DNA of 64,000 nt, from contig CBDAVP010000011.1 in NCBI GenBank assembly GCA_965201075.1, positions 1 through 64,000 of the forward strand. Direction: 5' to 3'. The notes under the pieces were generated by a model. The model worked only from the letters and a program-made list of their open reading frames with translations, was not told the origin of the DNA and made no database searches. Position 1 is the first letter of the stretch. Each line of letters opens with the position of its first letter. Positions 51,650 through 62,601 of this stretch are shown in pieces. Origin of the DNA: Isosphaeraceae bacterium (lineage in GTDB: Bacteria; Planctomycetota; Planctomycetia; Isosphaerales; Isosphaeraceae). A program made the translations under genes and the position numbers.

Positions 51650-52185
51650 GGCGTCTCCCCAACGGCGTCGGTCTGCGCCTGGCGGAACGCCAGCAACGAC
51701 TCGCGGATCTCGGGCCGTCCCCGAGACAAAATCGCCGCTGCGAGCAACGCCGCGTTGGCTGCCCCGGCCGAGCCGATCGCCAGGGTACCCACCGGCACCC
51801 CCCTGGGCATCTGGACGATCGACAGCAGGGAGTCCATCCCCCTTAGAACCTTGCTCTCGATCGGCACGCCCAGAATCGGCAACAGCGACAGCGACGCCAG
51901 CATCCCCGGCAGGTGCGCCGCGCCCCCGGCCCCGGCGATTAAGACCTCAATGCCCCGCCCCTCGGCCTGCTGGGCGTAGCGATAGAGCCGCTCGGGAGTC
52001 CGGTGCGCCGAGACGATCTGCGTCTCGTGCGAGATTCCCAGGTCTGACAGGACGTCGGCGGCGTGCCGCATGGTCTCCCAGTCCGAGCGGCTACCCATCA
52101 GGACCCCGACCAGGGGCCCTCGGCCGTGCCCAGATCCTCCGCCTTGAACGTGACCGTGACTGTGACTGTGAGCGCTGCTGACCAT
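51646..52185 (-). CDS. purE: N5-carboxyaminoimidazole ribonucleotide mutase
   Basis: [36 protein letters not shown]. Confidence 0.96.
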   Translation of the reverse strand: MVSSAHSHSHGHVQGGGSGHGRGPLVGVLMGSRSDWETMRHAADVLSDLGISHETQIVSAHRTPERLYRYAQQAEGRGIEVLIAGAGGAAHLPGMLASLSLLPILGVPIESKVLRGMDSLLSIVQMPRGVPVGTLAIGSAGAANAALLAAAILSRGRPEIRESLLAFRQAQTDAVGETP

Positions 52186-52322
52186 CGCGTCTCCGCCTCC
52201 TGCTGGTTGTCCCGTGGGTCCGCATTCTACGGCCCTCGCCCCGGCCCCGCCAGCCGCCCGGCTGGCCGATCAACCACGACGTTGCTTGCCCTCGAACTCT
52301 CTGGGTGGTCGAATGGCCGGCC

Positions 52323-54032
52323 ATGAAAGCCTCCTCACTCGCCACCTTCGAGGTTCCCGCCATCGCCGCGGCGGTGCTCGCCATCGTTGCCGGGCTTTGG
52401 GCCCTGCGAGGCGAGCCCGGCATGACCTGGGACGAGCCCTACTTCTTCGAGCGGTCCCAGGCGGTCGCCTCCTGGCTCGACTCGGCGGTTGCCACGCCCG
52501 GAGGCTGGTCTCAGGCGTTCGCCCCGAAACCCCTGGCCCACGGCTGGCCGTTCTGCCGGGAGGTCCCCAACCAGCACCCGCCGGTCCCCTCGCTGCTGGG
52601 GCTCGCCACCGAACGCCTGCTGGGTCGGTGGGTCGGACCTCTACGGAGCTACCGCTTGGCGACGGTGGCAGTCTTCGCCCTCGGCGCCGGGGCGCTGTTC
52701 CGGTTCCTCCGCCGCCGCTGGGGCTTTTGGCCGGCGGCCCTGGCCTTGGGGATGCTGGTCTCCGATCCCCGCCCATTCATTCACGCCCAGCTTCTGACGG
52801 CCGACTCCGACCTCGGCGTCTTCTGGCTCCTGGCGGCGATGGCCCAGCTCCGGTCGTGCGAAACCGGCCGGGGCTATTGGAGGTTCGGTGTCTGGGCGGG
52901 CCTGGCGTTCATGTGCAAGGCCACCGGCGTCCTCCTGTTCGTCGCGGCGGTGGCCTGGGCCGTGTTTGATCGGCCCCGACACGCCTGGAAACCCCTGTTC
53001 TGGTCGGCCTTGACGACCCCCGCCACCGTGATCGCCCTGAACCCCGGCTGGTGGCCCAACCCCGTGGTTGGGCTGCTTCGCTGGGTTGGCGCCTTCCTCG
53101 CCTATCCGCAAAAGGTGCCGGTGGCCTACCTCGGCCAGGTCTACGACTCGATGACCACATTCCTCCCCTGGCACAACTCGGCCGTCCTGACCGCGACGAT
53201 GGTCCCCCTCGGCCTCCTGATCCTTGGTGCCCTCGGACTGTTGGCGACGATCGGCCTCCACATGCGTCGGCAGGTTTCCCCGACGGACCCGACGCGACTG
53301 CCCGAGCGGGTCGTGGCCGGCTGGGCGGCCCTGAACTTCTTGACGTTTCCAGTCCTGCGAGCCTTTCCGTTCCTCCCCGCCCACGACGGCCTGCGCCAGA
53401 TGGTCGCCGCGTATGACTTTCTGCCGATCCTGGGGGCCCTGGGCGTCTTCCATGTCCTGCGACTCTCGGCGGGTCGTCGCGTCCCCTTCGCGCTTTCGAG
53501 GCTCGCCGTCGCCGCATGCGTCGCGACGGCGTTTTGGGAGACCGCGCGCATTCACCCCTTCGCGATGTCCTATTACAACCCCCTGATCGGCGGACCTCGT
53601 GGAGCCCAGGCGGCCGGCATGGAGACGACTTATTTCTGGGATTCCGCCACTCAGGACGTTCTCGACTGGATGAACCAGAACCTCCCCCGAGAGGCGACGG
53701 TGCTGATCTTCCCGCCCCCCAACGTCCTGACCTTCGGCTGGGAACAGCGCTGGGGACGCTTGCGCCCGGATCTCAACGTCCTCAACCTTGAGGGCCGAGA
53801 GTTTGGCCCGAGGCTGGGCTTGATGCACGGCCGTCGCCCCTGCTACCTGATCTTCCAGAACCGCCAGGGGCTCTACCTGCCCCGCAACCGAGCCGCTTCC
53901 GACCTCTTCGCGCGACTGGCCGTTGCCCCCGCGTTGTATGAGCTAGCCCCGGCACGAGTCGACGGGGTGCGACTGCTGGCGATCTTCGACCGAGAGAACT
54001 TTCGGGCCGTCGAGGGCGAGGGGAATCGTTGA
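52323..54032 (+). CDS. GT-C fold (PMT/ArnT-like) membrane glycosyltransferase
   Basis: TWDEPY after TM1, HPP, GLAFMCK, HDGLRQ, SYYNPLIGG; multiple TMs. Confidence 0.78.
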   Translation: MKASSLATFEVPAIAAAVLAIVAGLWALRGEPGMTWDEPYFFERSQAVASWLDSAVATPGGWSQAFAPKPLAHGWPFCREVPNQHPPVPSLLGLATERLLGRWVGPLRSYRLATVAVFALGAGALFRFLRRRWGFWPAALALGMLVSDPRPFIHAQLLTADSDLGVFWLLAAMAQLRSCETGRGYWRFGVWAGLAFMCKATGVLLFVAAVAWAVFDRPRHAWKPLFWSALTTPATVIALNPGWWPNPVVGLLRWVGAFLAYPQKVPVAYLGQVYDSMTTFLPWHNSAVLTATMVPLGLLILGALGLLATIGLHMRRQVSPTDPTRLPERVVAGWAALNFLTFPVLRAFPFLPAHDGLRQMVAAYDFLPILGALGVFHVLRLSAGRRVPFALSRLAVAACVATAFWETARIHPFAMSYYNPLIGGPRGAQAAGMETTYFWDSATQDVLDWMNQNLPREATVLIFPPPNVLTFGWEQRWGRLRPDLNVLNLEGREFGPRLGLMHGRRPCYLIFQNRQGLYLPRNRAASDLFARLAVAPALYELAPARVDGVRLLAIFDRENFRAVEGEGNR

Positions 54033-54055
54033 ACCGGACAGAGTTCGTTCGGGGG

Positions 54056-54071
54056 TGGCACTGGGTTTGCT
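54056..54071 (+). promoter_or_regulatory. consensus sigma54 promoter
   Basis: TGGCAC-TGGGT-TTGCT, 66 bp upstream of the glycine-zipper gene. Confidence 0.85.
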
Positions 54072-54137
54072 CGAAATCATTCCTCAGAGGGCTTCCGCCC
54101 CTGTCCTTTCACCCTGTCACATCCGAGGCATTTCCCG

Positions 54138-54620
54138 ATGGCCAGCGAAAAGCATGACGTGAAGGTCGGCTCCGAGAATCGCGACCCGTTGACCGGCGAG
54201 GCGGGCGCTCACCCGGTCGGCACCGGCCTGGGAGCCGCCGGCGCCGGTGCTGCTGGCGCGGCGATCGGCATGGTGGCTGGTCCGGTCGGCGCGGCCGTGG
54301 GCGCGGTCGTTGGCGCGGTGGCCGGTGGGCTGGCGGGTAAGGGTGTCGCCGAGTCGATCGACCCGACCGTCGAGCACGCCCACTGGGAACAAGTTCACGC
54401 CACTCGCCCTTATTATGAGAAGGGCCATTCCTATGACGAATATCGCCCTGCCTACCAGTATGGAATCGATTCCCACGCCCGACACCAAGGACGCAGTTGG
54501 GACCAGGTCGAATCCGACCTCGGCCGCGACTGGGACAAGGCCAAGGCTCACTCCAAGTTGAACTGGGAAAAAGCCAAGGGAGCCACCCGCGACGCCTGGG
54601 ACCGCGTCGCCAACCGCTGA
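54138..54620 (+). CDS. glycine-zipper, general-stress-type protein
   Basis: NRDPLTGEAGAHPVGTG, GAAVGAVVGAVAGG, PAYQYG, WEKAKGATRDAW. Confidence 0.85.
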   Translation: MASEKHDVKVGSENRDPLTGEAGAHPVGTGLGAAGAGAAGAAIGMVAGPVGAAVGAVVGAVAGGLAGKGVAESIDPTVEHAHWEQVHATRPYYEKGHSYDEYRPAYQYGIDSHARHQGRSWDQVESDLGRDWDKAKAHSKLNWEKAKGATRDAWDRVANR

Positions 54621-54652
54621 GGCGAGTCACGCCCCGCGTGGCTCGACCTCGT

Positions 54653-54685
54653 GGCCCGGCCGGATGGGCAACCTCCGGCCGGGCC
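54653..54685 (+). terminator. 12-bp hairpin after the glycine-zipper gene
   Basis: GGCCCGGCCGGA-tgggcaacc-TCCGGCCGGGCC; U-tract weak. Confidence 0.55.
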
Positions 54686-54767
54686 CGTTCGCGCGCCGGT
54701 CTGGCGATTGGTAGGATGAATGAACCCGGACTCCACGACCCACTCGTTCGCTGAAAGCTTTCCGCCC

Positions 54768-55480
54768 GTGACCGAGCCGACGAACCCTCTCGCCGTCGCC
54801 CACCCCACCGCCTCCGTCCCCTGGCCGACAAGCCCGCGGGATCGCTGGTTATCCACGAGATTTACCGAAGTCTCCAGGGGGAAAGCACTTACGCTGGCCT
54901 CCCCTGTGGCTTTGTACGCCTGAGTGCTTGCCACCTCCGTTGTGACTACTGCGACACCCCCCAGGCCTTCGGCAAGGGCGCGACTCTACCACTAGAGGAC
55001 GTTGTCGCCAAAGCCCTAGCGCTGGGCGACCCGCTCGTGGAAATCACCGGGGGCGAGCCGTTGCTCCAGGAGGAGGTTTACCCCCTCATGACCCTCCTGG
55101 CCGACGCGGGCCGCATCGTCCTGCTTGAGACCAGCGGCGCCATCGACACAGGTCGGGTCGACCCCCGCGTTCGGATCATCCTCGATGTGAAGACCCCCGG
55201 CTCGGGCGAGGTCGACGCCAATCATGTTCCGAACCTTGATCGATTGCGGCCGACCGACGAACTCAAGTACGTCCTTTGCGACCGGCCCGACTTCGACTGG
55301 GCCGTCGCCCACATCCGCGAACACGCCCTCGCCGGCCGCTGCCCGATTCACTTCAGCGCGGTCTTCGGGCAACTAAGTCCGACCGACCTGGCCGCCTGGA
55401 TTTTGACCACGGACTTGCCGATCCGTCTCCAGGTCCAACTGCACAAAATTCTCTGGGACCCGAAGGCCCAGGGAGTCTGA
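54768..55480 (+). CDS. queE: 7-carboxy-7-deazaguanine synthase (radical SAM), apparently frameshifted near its 5' end
   Basis: IHEIYRSLQGES, CHLRCDYCDT, ITGGEP, ETSG, QLHKILW in one frame that has no ATG/GTG/TTG before 55037; joins the upstream frame if one C is added at 54803-54806. Confidence 0.85.
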
Positions 55481-55492
55481 GCCTTCTCCGGC

Positions 55493-55723
55493 TCACGAGG
55501 GGAGTAGCGGCACGTCGAGGACCAGGTGCAGGACCAGCATCGAGAGCACCCACGCTCCCAGCAAGAGCAGGGTTTTTGACAGATTCCAGACCACTAAACG
55601 GAGGCCCTGACCCGTTGCCAGGGTCGCGACGCCGCTACGGGCGGCGATCAGCACGCCCATCACCAGCATGGCCGCGATCGGCGCGGCGGCCAGGACGAGC
55701 AGAATACGGTCGGCCGAGAACAT
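55493..55723 (-). CDS. small two-TM membrane protein
   Basis: GAGG RBS, two hydrophobic segments. Confidence 0.6.
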   Translation of the reverse strand: MFSADRILLVLAAAPIAAMLVMGVLIAARSGVATLATGQGLRLVVWNLSKTLLLLGAWVLSMLVLHLVLDVPLLPS

Positions 55724-56001
55724 GACTCAACCTCGCGACCCGGGGGTGTCGCCATTCATCAGGACCATTGCGTCGCCGGGTCTGACGGAACCACCGCCGC
55801 GACCCCTCCGCCCTCCAATATAGGTGCCGAACCAACGACGAGATCATCGAGCGGCGTGGAATTCCAGGTAAATAGGGCAATGCTTGCGGATCAATCGGGT
55901 TGTGCCGCCCGTCCCGGTCCGCCGGATCATCCCAGTCGTGTCAAGCGAATGGGGTTGAGAAATCTGGCGCGGTTCGAAATTTCCGGAATAATTCTCGGAT
56001 T

Positions 56002-56802
56002 TCAATTTGCCCGACCCGCCACGGGCAGCGCAAAGAGACGTCGGGCATTGGCGGTCGTGGCGAGGGCGATGTCGTCGATGGGCAGTTCCAGGACCGCCGC
56101 CAGTCTCGCGGCCGTCAGGGCGACCCGGGCCGGCTCGTTGGTCTTGCCCCGGAACGGATGAGGGCTGAGGTAGGGACTGTCCGTCTCCACGAGGAGCCGG
56201 TCCAGCGGCACGGTCGCCGCGGCGGCCCGTAGGGGGTCGAGTTTGGGCGTCGGGAACGTCAACATGCCGGCCATCGAGATGTGGAGCCCCAGTTCGACGA
56301 ATGCTCGGGCCTGCTCGACGTTGCCGGTAAAGGAGTGGAGCACGCCCCGGATCGGCCGGCCCCGGGCGTTGAGTAGCTCGACGATGTCGGCCTCGCACTC
56401 CCGGCAGTGGATGACCACCGGCAGGTCATGGGCCTCGGCCAGGTCCATGTGGAGGGTGAAGAACTCCTGCTGCTGGGAGAACGGCGTATGATCCCAGTAG
56501 CGGTCGAGCCCGGTCTCCCCCACGGCCACCACGCCCGGCGCGTCGACCAGGGCTGCGATTCTCTCCCAGTCCCCCGGCTTCGCCTCGGCGACGTGGTTGG
56601 GCTGGATTCCCACGGCGGCGTAGACCCCCGCGAAGGTTGTCGCCATCTTCGCCACGGTCTCGCTCGACTCAGCGGTCGTGCCGATCGCCACGACCTGCCC
56701 GACTCCCGCCGCTTTCGCCCTGGCCAGCACCGATGGGAGATCGTTGGCCAGGCGAGGGTCGTCCAGGTGGGCGTGGGTGTCGATCAGGGTCGGTGGTGGC
56801 AT
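56002..56802 (-). CDS. tatD: TatD-family hydrolase
   Basis: DTHAH, GETGLD, IHCRE, LHSF, ETDSPY, NEP. Confidence 0.92.
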   Translation of the reverse strand: MPPPTLIDTHAHLDDPRLANDLPSVLARAKAAGVGQVVAIGTTAESSETVAKMATTFAGVYAAVGIQPNHVAEAKPGDWERIAALVDAPGVVAVGETGLDRYWDHTPFSQQQEFFTLHMDLAEAHDLPVVIHCRECEADIVELLNARGRPIRGVLHSFTGNVEQARAFVELGLHISMAGMLTFPTPKLDPLRAAAATVPLDRLLVETDSPYLSPHPFRGKTNEPARVALTAARLAAVLELPIDDIALATTANARRLFALPVAGRAN

Positions 56803-56808
56803 CCCACT

Positions 56809-56851
56809 AGTGTTTAGTGCCTTGACTAGAGTGTCAATGGCCTGTTACGCT
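56809..56851. promoter_or_regulatory. overlapping divergent sigma70-like promoters (tatD / nusA operon)
   Basis: plus: TTGACT-18-TACGCT with TGn extension; minus: TTGACA-17-AACACT, 6 nt before the tatD ATG. Confidence 0.6.
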
Positions 56852-57230
56852 TGAAGGTGGGGCCGTCGTCGATTCGCGAGACCGCGGGCGTCCGCTGGGC
56901 CAATGGGCTCGGCGTGAGATGCCCGCCACCGTCCACGACTCGACCGTCGGCCGCTGACCCTCGTGGAAGCCTTCCGCGACCGGGATCAGCGGACGCGCGA
57001 CCGATGGCGCCCTGGCGGTGGACGGTCGGTCGAGGGGTTGAGATCTGGCGACAGCGGGACCGGGGGCGTGAGCCCGGCTCCGTGAGCCGCCGAGATCGTC
57101 CCCCCCGGCCAGTCGGGACGGCGTTCGACAACCCGGTCCCACCGCCCAACCGAGGCGGGGATCGCGCCGAACCCGCCTTGACCCGTGCCTCGACCGTCGG
57201 GCCCTCGCCCGATTGCCTCGGAGAAGTCGC

Positions 57231-58895
57231 ATGAGCGTCGATTTGGTCCGCATCGTGGATTCCATCCATCGCGACAAGAACATCCCCAAGGAAATTCTGT
57301 TCGAGGGGATCGAGTCGGCGCTGGCCACCGCGGCCAAGAAGCACTTTCCCGACGCCGAGGAGATTCGCGTCGCCATCGACCAGGACAACGGCAAGATCAG
57401 CACCTTCGCCGATGACCTGGTGGTCGACCCGCCCGACTTCGGCCGCATCGCCGCCCAGACCGCCAAGCAGGTCATCATTCAGAAGATCCGCGAGGCCGAG
57501 CGGGACAGTCTTTACGAGGAGTTCGAGGACCAGAAGGGCGACCTGATCACCGGCACCGTCCAGCGATTCGAGGGGGGTGCCGTCACGGTCAATCTCGGCA
57601 AGACCGACGCCCTGCTGCCCCGCTCCGAGCAGATCCCCGGCGAGAGTCACCACCCCGCCGAGCGGGTCCGCGCCGTGATCCTCGACGTCCGCAAGGTTGG
57701 CCAGCGCGTCAAGATCATCCTCAGCCGGACCCATCCCGACTTCGTCCGGCGCCTCTTCGAGCTGGAAATCCCCGAAATCGCCGACCAGGTCATCGCCATC
57801 CGCGCCCTGGCTCGCGAGGCCGGCTATCGGTCCAAGGTTGCCGTCACCTCGATCGACTCCAAGGTCGACGCCGTTGGCGCCTGCGTTGGCGTGCGCGGCA
57901 CCCGGATCAAGAACATCGTCGACGAGTTGGGCGGCGAGCGGATCGACATCGTCCGCTGGAATGAGTCGCTGCAAGTCCTGATTCCCAACGCCCTTCAGCC
58001 GGCCGAGATCGAGGAGGTGATGCTCTGCCAACTCCTGGGTCGGGCGATCGTCCTGGTCCGCGAGGATCAGCTCTCGCTGGCCATTGGGCGGCGGGGGCAG
58101 AACGTCCGCCTGGCCTCGAAACTCGTGGGCTGGGACATCGAGATCATGACCAGCGACGAGCTGGATGAGCTGATCGAGAAGGCCGTCGGCATGTTCACCA
58201 AGATCGAGGGGGTGGACGTCGAACTGGCCGAGAAACTCGTCGAACAGGGCATCCTCAGCTACGACGACCTATCGGTCATGGAGATCGCCGACCTTGTGGC
58301 GACCGTCGATGGCCTGACCGAGGAGTCGGCCGAGCGGATCACCTCCGAGGCCGAAACCCTGGCCGAGCAGCAGGTGGACGATCTCCCACGACGCAAGGGC
58401 GCCCGGTCACCGGCCCCAGTCGCCACCGCCGCCGTCGAGGCGCCCGCCGCCGAGGGGACCGAACCGGCCGCCGACGGCGAGGCCCCGGCTCCTCGCAACG
58501 CCCTGGACGACCTCTTCGCCAATGGCCAGGCCGAGACCGAGGACGTGGTCGAGACCACCAACTCGGCCACCGAGGACGAGTTGGCATCGTATGAAGGGGA
58601 CGAAGACTCCGACCAGACCGACGTCCGCGACCTCGACCTGGCTTTCGAGGGGCTGGACGCCGATGGGCGGGAATTGACTCACGCCCCCAGCGACGCCGAC
58701 CAGTCCGAGACCGAGCGGATCGTGACCGAGGCCGTGGAGTCCGGCCCCACCGATCAGGAGTTGGATGCCGAGGAGGCGGGCGAGGGGGACAACACCCCGC
58801 CATTGCCGACCGACGGCCCGTCGTCAACGGGTTCGGCCGAGGAGCCGGACCACTCGTCCGAGGATTCGCCGGGGACCTTGGGGCCCCGGCCATGA
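57231..58895 (+). CDS. nusA: transcription termination/antitermination factor NusA with long acidic tail
   Basis: [51 protein letters not shown]. Confidence 0.97.
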   Translation: MSVDLVRIVDSIHRDKNIPKEILFEGIESALATAAKKHFPDAEEIRVAIDQDNGKISTFADDLVVDPPDFGRIAAQTAKQVIIQKIREAERDSLYEEFEDQKGDLITGTVQRFEGGAVTVNLGKTDALLPRSEQIPGESHHPAERVRAVILDVRKVGQRVKIILSRTHPDFVRRLFELEIPEIADQVIAIRALAREAGYRSKVAVTSIDSKVDAVGACVGVRGTRIKNIVDELGGERIDIVRWNESLQVLIPNALQPAEIEEVMLCQLLGRAIVLVREDQLSLAIGRRGQNVRLASKLVGWDIEIMTSDELDELIEKAVGMFTKIEGVDVELAEKLVEQGILSYDDLSVMEIADLVATVDGLTEESAERITSEAETLAEQQVDDLPRRKGARSPAPVATAAVEAPAAEGTEPAADGEAPAPRNALDDLFANGQAETEDVVETTNSATEDELASYEGDEDSDQTDVRDLDLAFEGLDADGRELTHAPSDADQSETERIVTEAVESGPTDQELDAEEAGEGDNTPPLPTDGPSSTGSAEEPDHSSEDSPGTLGPRP

Positions 58896-59153
58896 AGCCG
58901 CAGGGAGGCCACGCCCCAACCCAACCAGTTGAGAGCCGGGCATGAACCGACCATGAGGCCCCCGACCGGGCCACCCACGAGGGCCGACCGCGCCGTCGCC
59001 CCCCATCCCCCTCCTTGACGCGACACCCCCCCGGGGCCGTCCGTCTCGGGGGGAAACTGGGCTGGCACGACCGATCGGCGGAGTTCACAATACCGATCGG
59101 GCCGCCCCGACCTTTGTCGTCGGGGGTCGTGCCCCACCCTGGAGGAGTCGCCG

Positions 59154-62100
59154 TTGTCCACGCGTGTCCATGAGTTGGCCAAGGAACTGGGGTTGAAGAG
59201 TCCGGAGCTGATCGAGCGAATCCAGAAGTGGCAACTGGATGTCAAGGCCAGCGCCCTGGCGAGCCTCGACCCGGAGATGGTCGGGCGAATCCGAAACCTG
59301 ATGACTGACGAGTCGTCCCCGAAACCGTCGAAGTCGAGCGCGGCGGCCAAGGCCCCGGCCCCCCCGACACCCAGCCCGAGCCCCGCTCCGACGCCAACAA
59401 CGACCTCGACAACGGTTCCGCCCTCAACCGCCGCCCCGAAACCGACGCCTCCGTCGACCCCGAACGCGACGGCCCCTCCGGAGACTCCCGCCATCCGCTC
59501 GACCGTCAGCGCCCCCCGCGCCCCGTCGGCTCCGCCGGCCGACAAGGGCCCCGCCGCCGAGCCGCCCGCCAAGGCGCCGATGGAGCGGGCCGCCGTGTCG
59601 CCCACTCCGGCTCCGGCTCCCGTCGCCCCACGCCCAACGCCGACTCCACCCGCAGCGATGACGATGACGCCCGCGACCCCACCGCCGACGTCGGCCCCGC
59701 CTCGATCCGCGCCGTCGTCCGCCCCCAGCGCCCCCGCCGCCGCCTCTCCTGGAATGGGAGGAATGTCTCCCCGCCCGGCGGGCCCCTCGGCGCCGGCCGC
59801 ATCGGGGCACGCGTCCGGACCCCTCGCGGCGCAATCGCGATCGGGTGGGTTGGCCCATCCCCCGGCGCGTGGCGGCCCCCTCTCGGGTCACACCCCCCAC
59901 CGTGCCCCCGGCAGCCCGGGCACTGCCGGTCCGCGGCCTGGTGGCTCGGGCCCGGTCCCTCAGGGGGAACTCCGCCCGCGTCCCAGCGCCCAGGCGCCTT
60001 TGCGTCCCAGCGACTACATCTCCCCTAGCGGCGTCCGTTCCTCGGGCACGGCTTCCGGTCGGCCAGGCCCTGGCGGGCCGCAGTCGCCCGGCGGCGAGGG
60101 GAGCCGTCGCGACGCGATCTCCCCGCCCGGCCGACGGCCGCTTCCCCAGGTTTCGTCCCCCGGCGGCGGCCCGCCGATCCAGCGGCGCACCGAAGGATTC
60201 CGACCTGGAGGCTCCGGCGCTAGCCAGCCGGTGACTCCAACCCAGCGACCCGAGAAGCGGTACACGCCCGAAGAGTTGCGGGCGATGATGCAGGCCGGCA
60301 CCCTGGGGACCTCACCCCCCGGCGCCGCGGCCCGTACGGGCGGGATGCCGCCTCGCCCCGGTGGGATGCCTCCCCGTCCTGGAGGGATGCCGCCCCGTCC
60401 TGGGAGCGGGATGCCGCCTCGTCCCGGGATGCCGCCCCGGCCGGGCATGCCCCCGGGTCCGTCCCAGCAAGGTCCGCCCACCGGAGCCCCGCCTCGCGCT
60501 GATGAGGATGACCGCAAGGGCGGCGGCCCGCCGCGACCCGGAGGCGCTGGGGTCGCCGACCGCGCCGGTCGCAGGGCTGGCCGCACGGCCCGAGCCAAGG
60601 ATCGCGTCGCCGTCGGCGGTGTTCAGCCCGCCTCGGCCCTGATGAATGTCGAGGACGACTCCCGGGGCCGGCGCTCCCGGGGCGGTGGTCGCGGCAAGAA
60701 GGGTGGCCGAGGCCAGCAGGCCGCCGTCGTTCGCAAGACTCACGCGGAGATCGAGCCCCCGATCACGATGCGCAGCCTCTCCGAGGCCATCGGGGTCAAG
60801 GGCAACGAGATGATCCGCAAGTTGATGAACACGACCGGGCAACTCTTTTCCATCAACACCAACCTCGACGACGACCTGGCGCTGGAGCTGGCCCTGGAGT
60901 TCGGCGTCGAGCTGAAGATCGTCTACGAGCGCACCGCCGAAGACGAGATGCTGGAGTCGATGGAGCAGGAGGAGGCCGAGCCCGAGAACCTGTCCCTCCG
61001 CCCGCCGATCATCACCATCCTGGGCCACGTCGACCACGGCAAGACGTCACTACTGGACAAGATCCGCAAGGCCAACGTCGTTGCCTCCGAGAGCGGCGGC
61101 ATCACCCAGCACATCGGCGCCTATCAGGTCGAGCACGAGGGCAAGAAGATCGCCTTCGTCGACACCCCCGGCCACGAGGCGTTCACGGCGATGAGGGCCC
61201 GCGGGGCCAACGTCACCGACATCGTCGTTCTGGTCGTCGCCGCCGACGACGGCGTCATGCCCCAGACGCAGGAAGCGATCGCCCACGCCAAGGCCGCCGA
61301 GGTCCCCGTGGTCGTCGCCCTGAACAAGACCGACCTGCCTAACATCAACTACAACAAGATCTTCGGCGAACTGTCCCAGCAAGGTCTGGTTCCCGAGGAA
61401 TACGGTGGCGACACCCCGGTCATCAAGACCTCGGCCCTGACGGGCGAGGGAATTGCCGACCTGCTGGAAACCCTCGGGATCGTCGCCGAGTTGCACGAGT
61501 TGAAGGCCAACCCCAACCGCCCGGCCACCGGCACCTGCCTGGAGGCGTCGCTCTCCGAAGGCCGAGGCGTGGTCGCCACGGTGATCGTCCAGGACGGCAC
61601 CTTGAGGGTTGGCGACGTGATGGTCTGCGGGTCCGCTTACGGCCGCGTCCGCGCCATGTTCGACGACCGAGGTCAACCCGTGACCGAGGCGGGGCCGTCC
61701 ACTCCGGTGGAGGTCTCGGGGCTTGAGTCGGTCCCCACCGCTGGCGAGAAGTTCGCCATCCTCGACGACATCGGTCGGGCCCGGGAGATCGCCGACACCC
61801 GCAAGGGCCGCACCCGGGACGCAGGCCTCGTTGTCCGCCCAACCATCACGCTGGAAAACCTTTACAGCAAGATGGCCGAGCAGAAGGTCAAGACCCTCAA
61901 CCTGATCCTCAAGGCCGACGTTCAGGGTTCCCTGGAGGCTTTAGCCAAGGAACTGGAGAAGCTGGAGAACCCCGAGGTTCCCATCCGCGTCCTGCTCAAG
62001 GGCGTCGGGGGGATCAGTGAGAGCGACATCATCCTGGCCGACGCCAGCCAGGCGATCGTTGTCGGGTTCCGCGTCGCCCCCGAGGATCGCGCCATTTCCC

Positions 62101-62501
62101 TGGCCGATGAGAAGGGGATTGACATCCGTCGGTACGACATCATCTACCAGGTCACCGACGAGGTGAAGAAGGCCGTCGAAGGGATGCTGATCCCCGAGAT
62201 CAAGGAGGTTCACCTGGGTCGCGCCCAGGTACGTACCATCTTCAAGATCTCCAAGGTCGGCACAGTGGCCGGTTGCTTCGTGACTCAGGGGACGATCGAG
62301 CGCGGGTCCAAGGCCCGGATCATCCGCGAGGGTCGCGAGATCTACAAGGGAGCCGTCGACGCCCTGAAACGGTTCAAGGACGATGCCAAGGAGGTTCGCG
62401 AAGGGTTCGAATGCGGCGTCAAGGTCTCCAACTTCGACGACCTGAAGGTCGACGACACCATTGAGGCCTACCGCGTCGACGTGATCCGCCGCACCCTCTG
62501 A
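59154..62501 (+). CDS. infB: translation initiation factor IF-2
   Basis: [53 protein letters not shown] then TTG. Confidence 0.98.
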   Translation: MSTRVHELAKELGLKSPELIERIQKWQLDVKASALASLDPEMVGRIRNLMTDESSPKPSKSSAAAKAPAPPTPSPSPAPTPTTTSTTVPPSTAAPKPTPPSTPNATAPPETPAIRSTVSAPRAPSAPPADKGPAAEPPAKAPMERAAVSPTPAPAPVAPRPTPTPPAAMTMTPATPPPTSAPPRSAPSSAPSAPAAASPGMGGMSPRPAGPSAPAASGHASGPLAAQSRSGGLAHPPARGGPLSGHTPHRAPGSPGTAGPRPGGSGPVPQGELRPRPSAQAPLRPSDYISPSGVRSSGTASGRPGPGGPQSPGGEGSRRDAISPPGRRPLPQVSSPGGGPPIQRRTEGFRPGGSGASQPVTPTQRPEKRYTPEELRAMMQAGTLGTSPPGAAARTGGMPPRPGGMPPRPGGMPPRPGSGMPPRPGMPPRPGMPPGPSQQGPPTGAPPRADEDDRKGGGPPRPGGAGVADRAGRRAGRTARAKDRVAVGGVQPASALMNVEDDSRGRRSRGGGRGKKGGRGQQAAVVRKTHAEIEPPITMRSLSEAIGVKGNEMIRKLMNTTGQLFSINTNLDDDLALELALEFGVELKIVYERTAEDEMLESMEQEEAEPENLSLRPPIITILGHVDHGKTSLLDKIRKANVVASESGGITQHIGAYQVEHEGKKIAFVDTPGHEAFTAMRARGANVTDIVVLVVAADDGVMPQTQEAIAHAKAAEVPVVVALNKTDLPNINYNKIFGELSQQGLVPEEYGGDTPVIKTSALTGEGIADLLETLGIVAELHELKANPNRPATGTCLEASLSEGRGVVATVIVQDGTLRVGDVMVCGSAYGRVRAMFDDRGQPVTEAGPSTPVEVSGLESVPTAGEKFAILDDIGRAREIADTRKGRTRDAGLVVRPTITLENLYSKMAEQKVKTLNLILKADVQGSLEALAKELEKLENPEVPIRVLLKGVGGISESDIILADASQAIVVGFRVAPEDRAISLADEKGIDIRRYDIIYQVTDEVKKAVEGMLIPEIKEVHLGRAQVRTIFKISKVGTVAGCFVTQGTIERGSKARIIREGREIYKGAVDALKRFKDDAKEVREGFECGVKVSNFDDLKVDDTIEAYRVDVIRRTL
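60345..60461 (+). repeat. MPPRPG(G) coding tandem repeat in the IF-2 N-terminal region
   Basis: five MPPRPG copies plus MPPGP, with synonymous codon differences between copies. Confidence 0.85.
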
Positions 62502-62601
62502 GTAAGTGATCCCCGCCCGAGAGTTCCACGGCCCGCCCGCCCGCCGACCGCCCGCATCCCCGGGCCTCGGCTGGCGGGCCGGCCCGGAGACCTGACGACC
62601 C

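Noticed and set aside
54752..54754. Selenocysteine at the TGA upstream of the queE core
   Set aside because: Position is in a non-conserved N-terminal region, not a Cys-equivalent site; no SECIS could be supported; a 1-nt indel explains the data better
59063..59080. TGGCACG upstream of infB as a sigma54 promoter
   Set aside because: No GC at the -12 position
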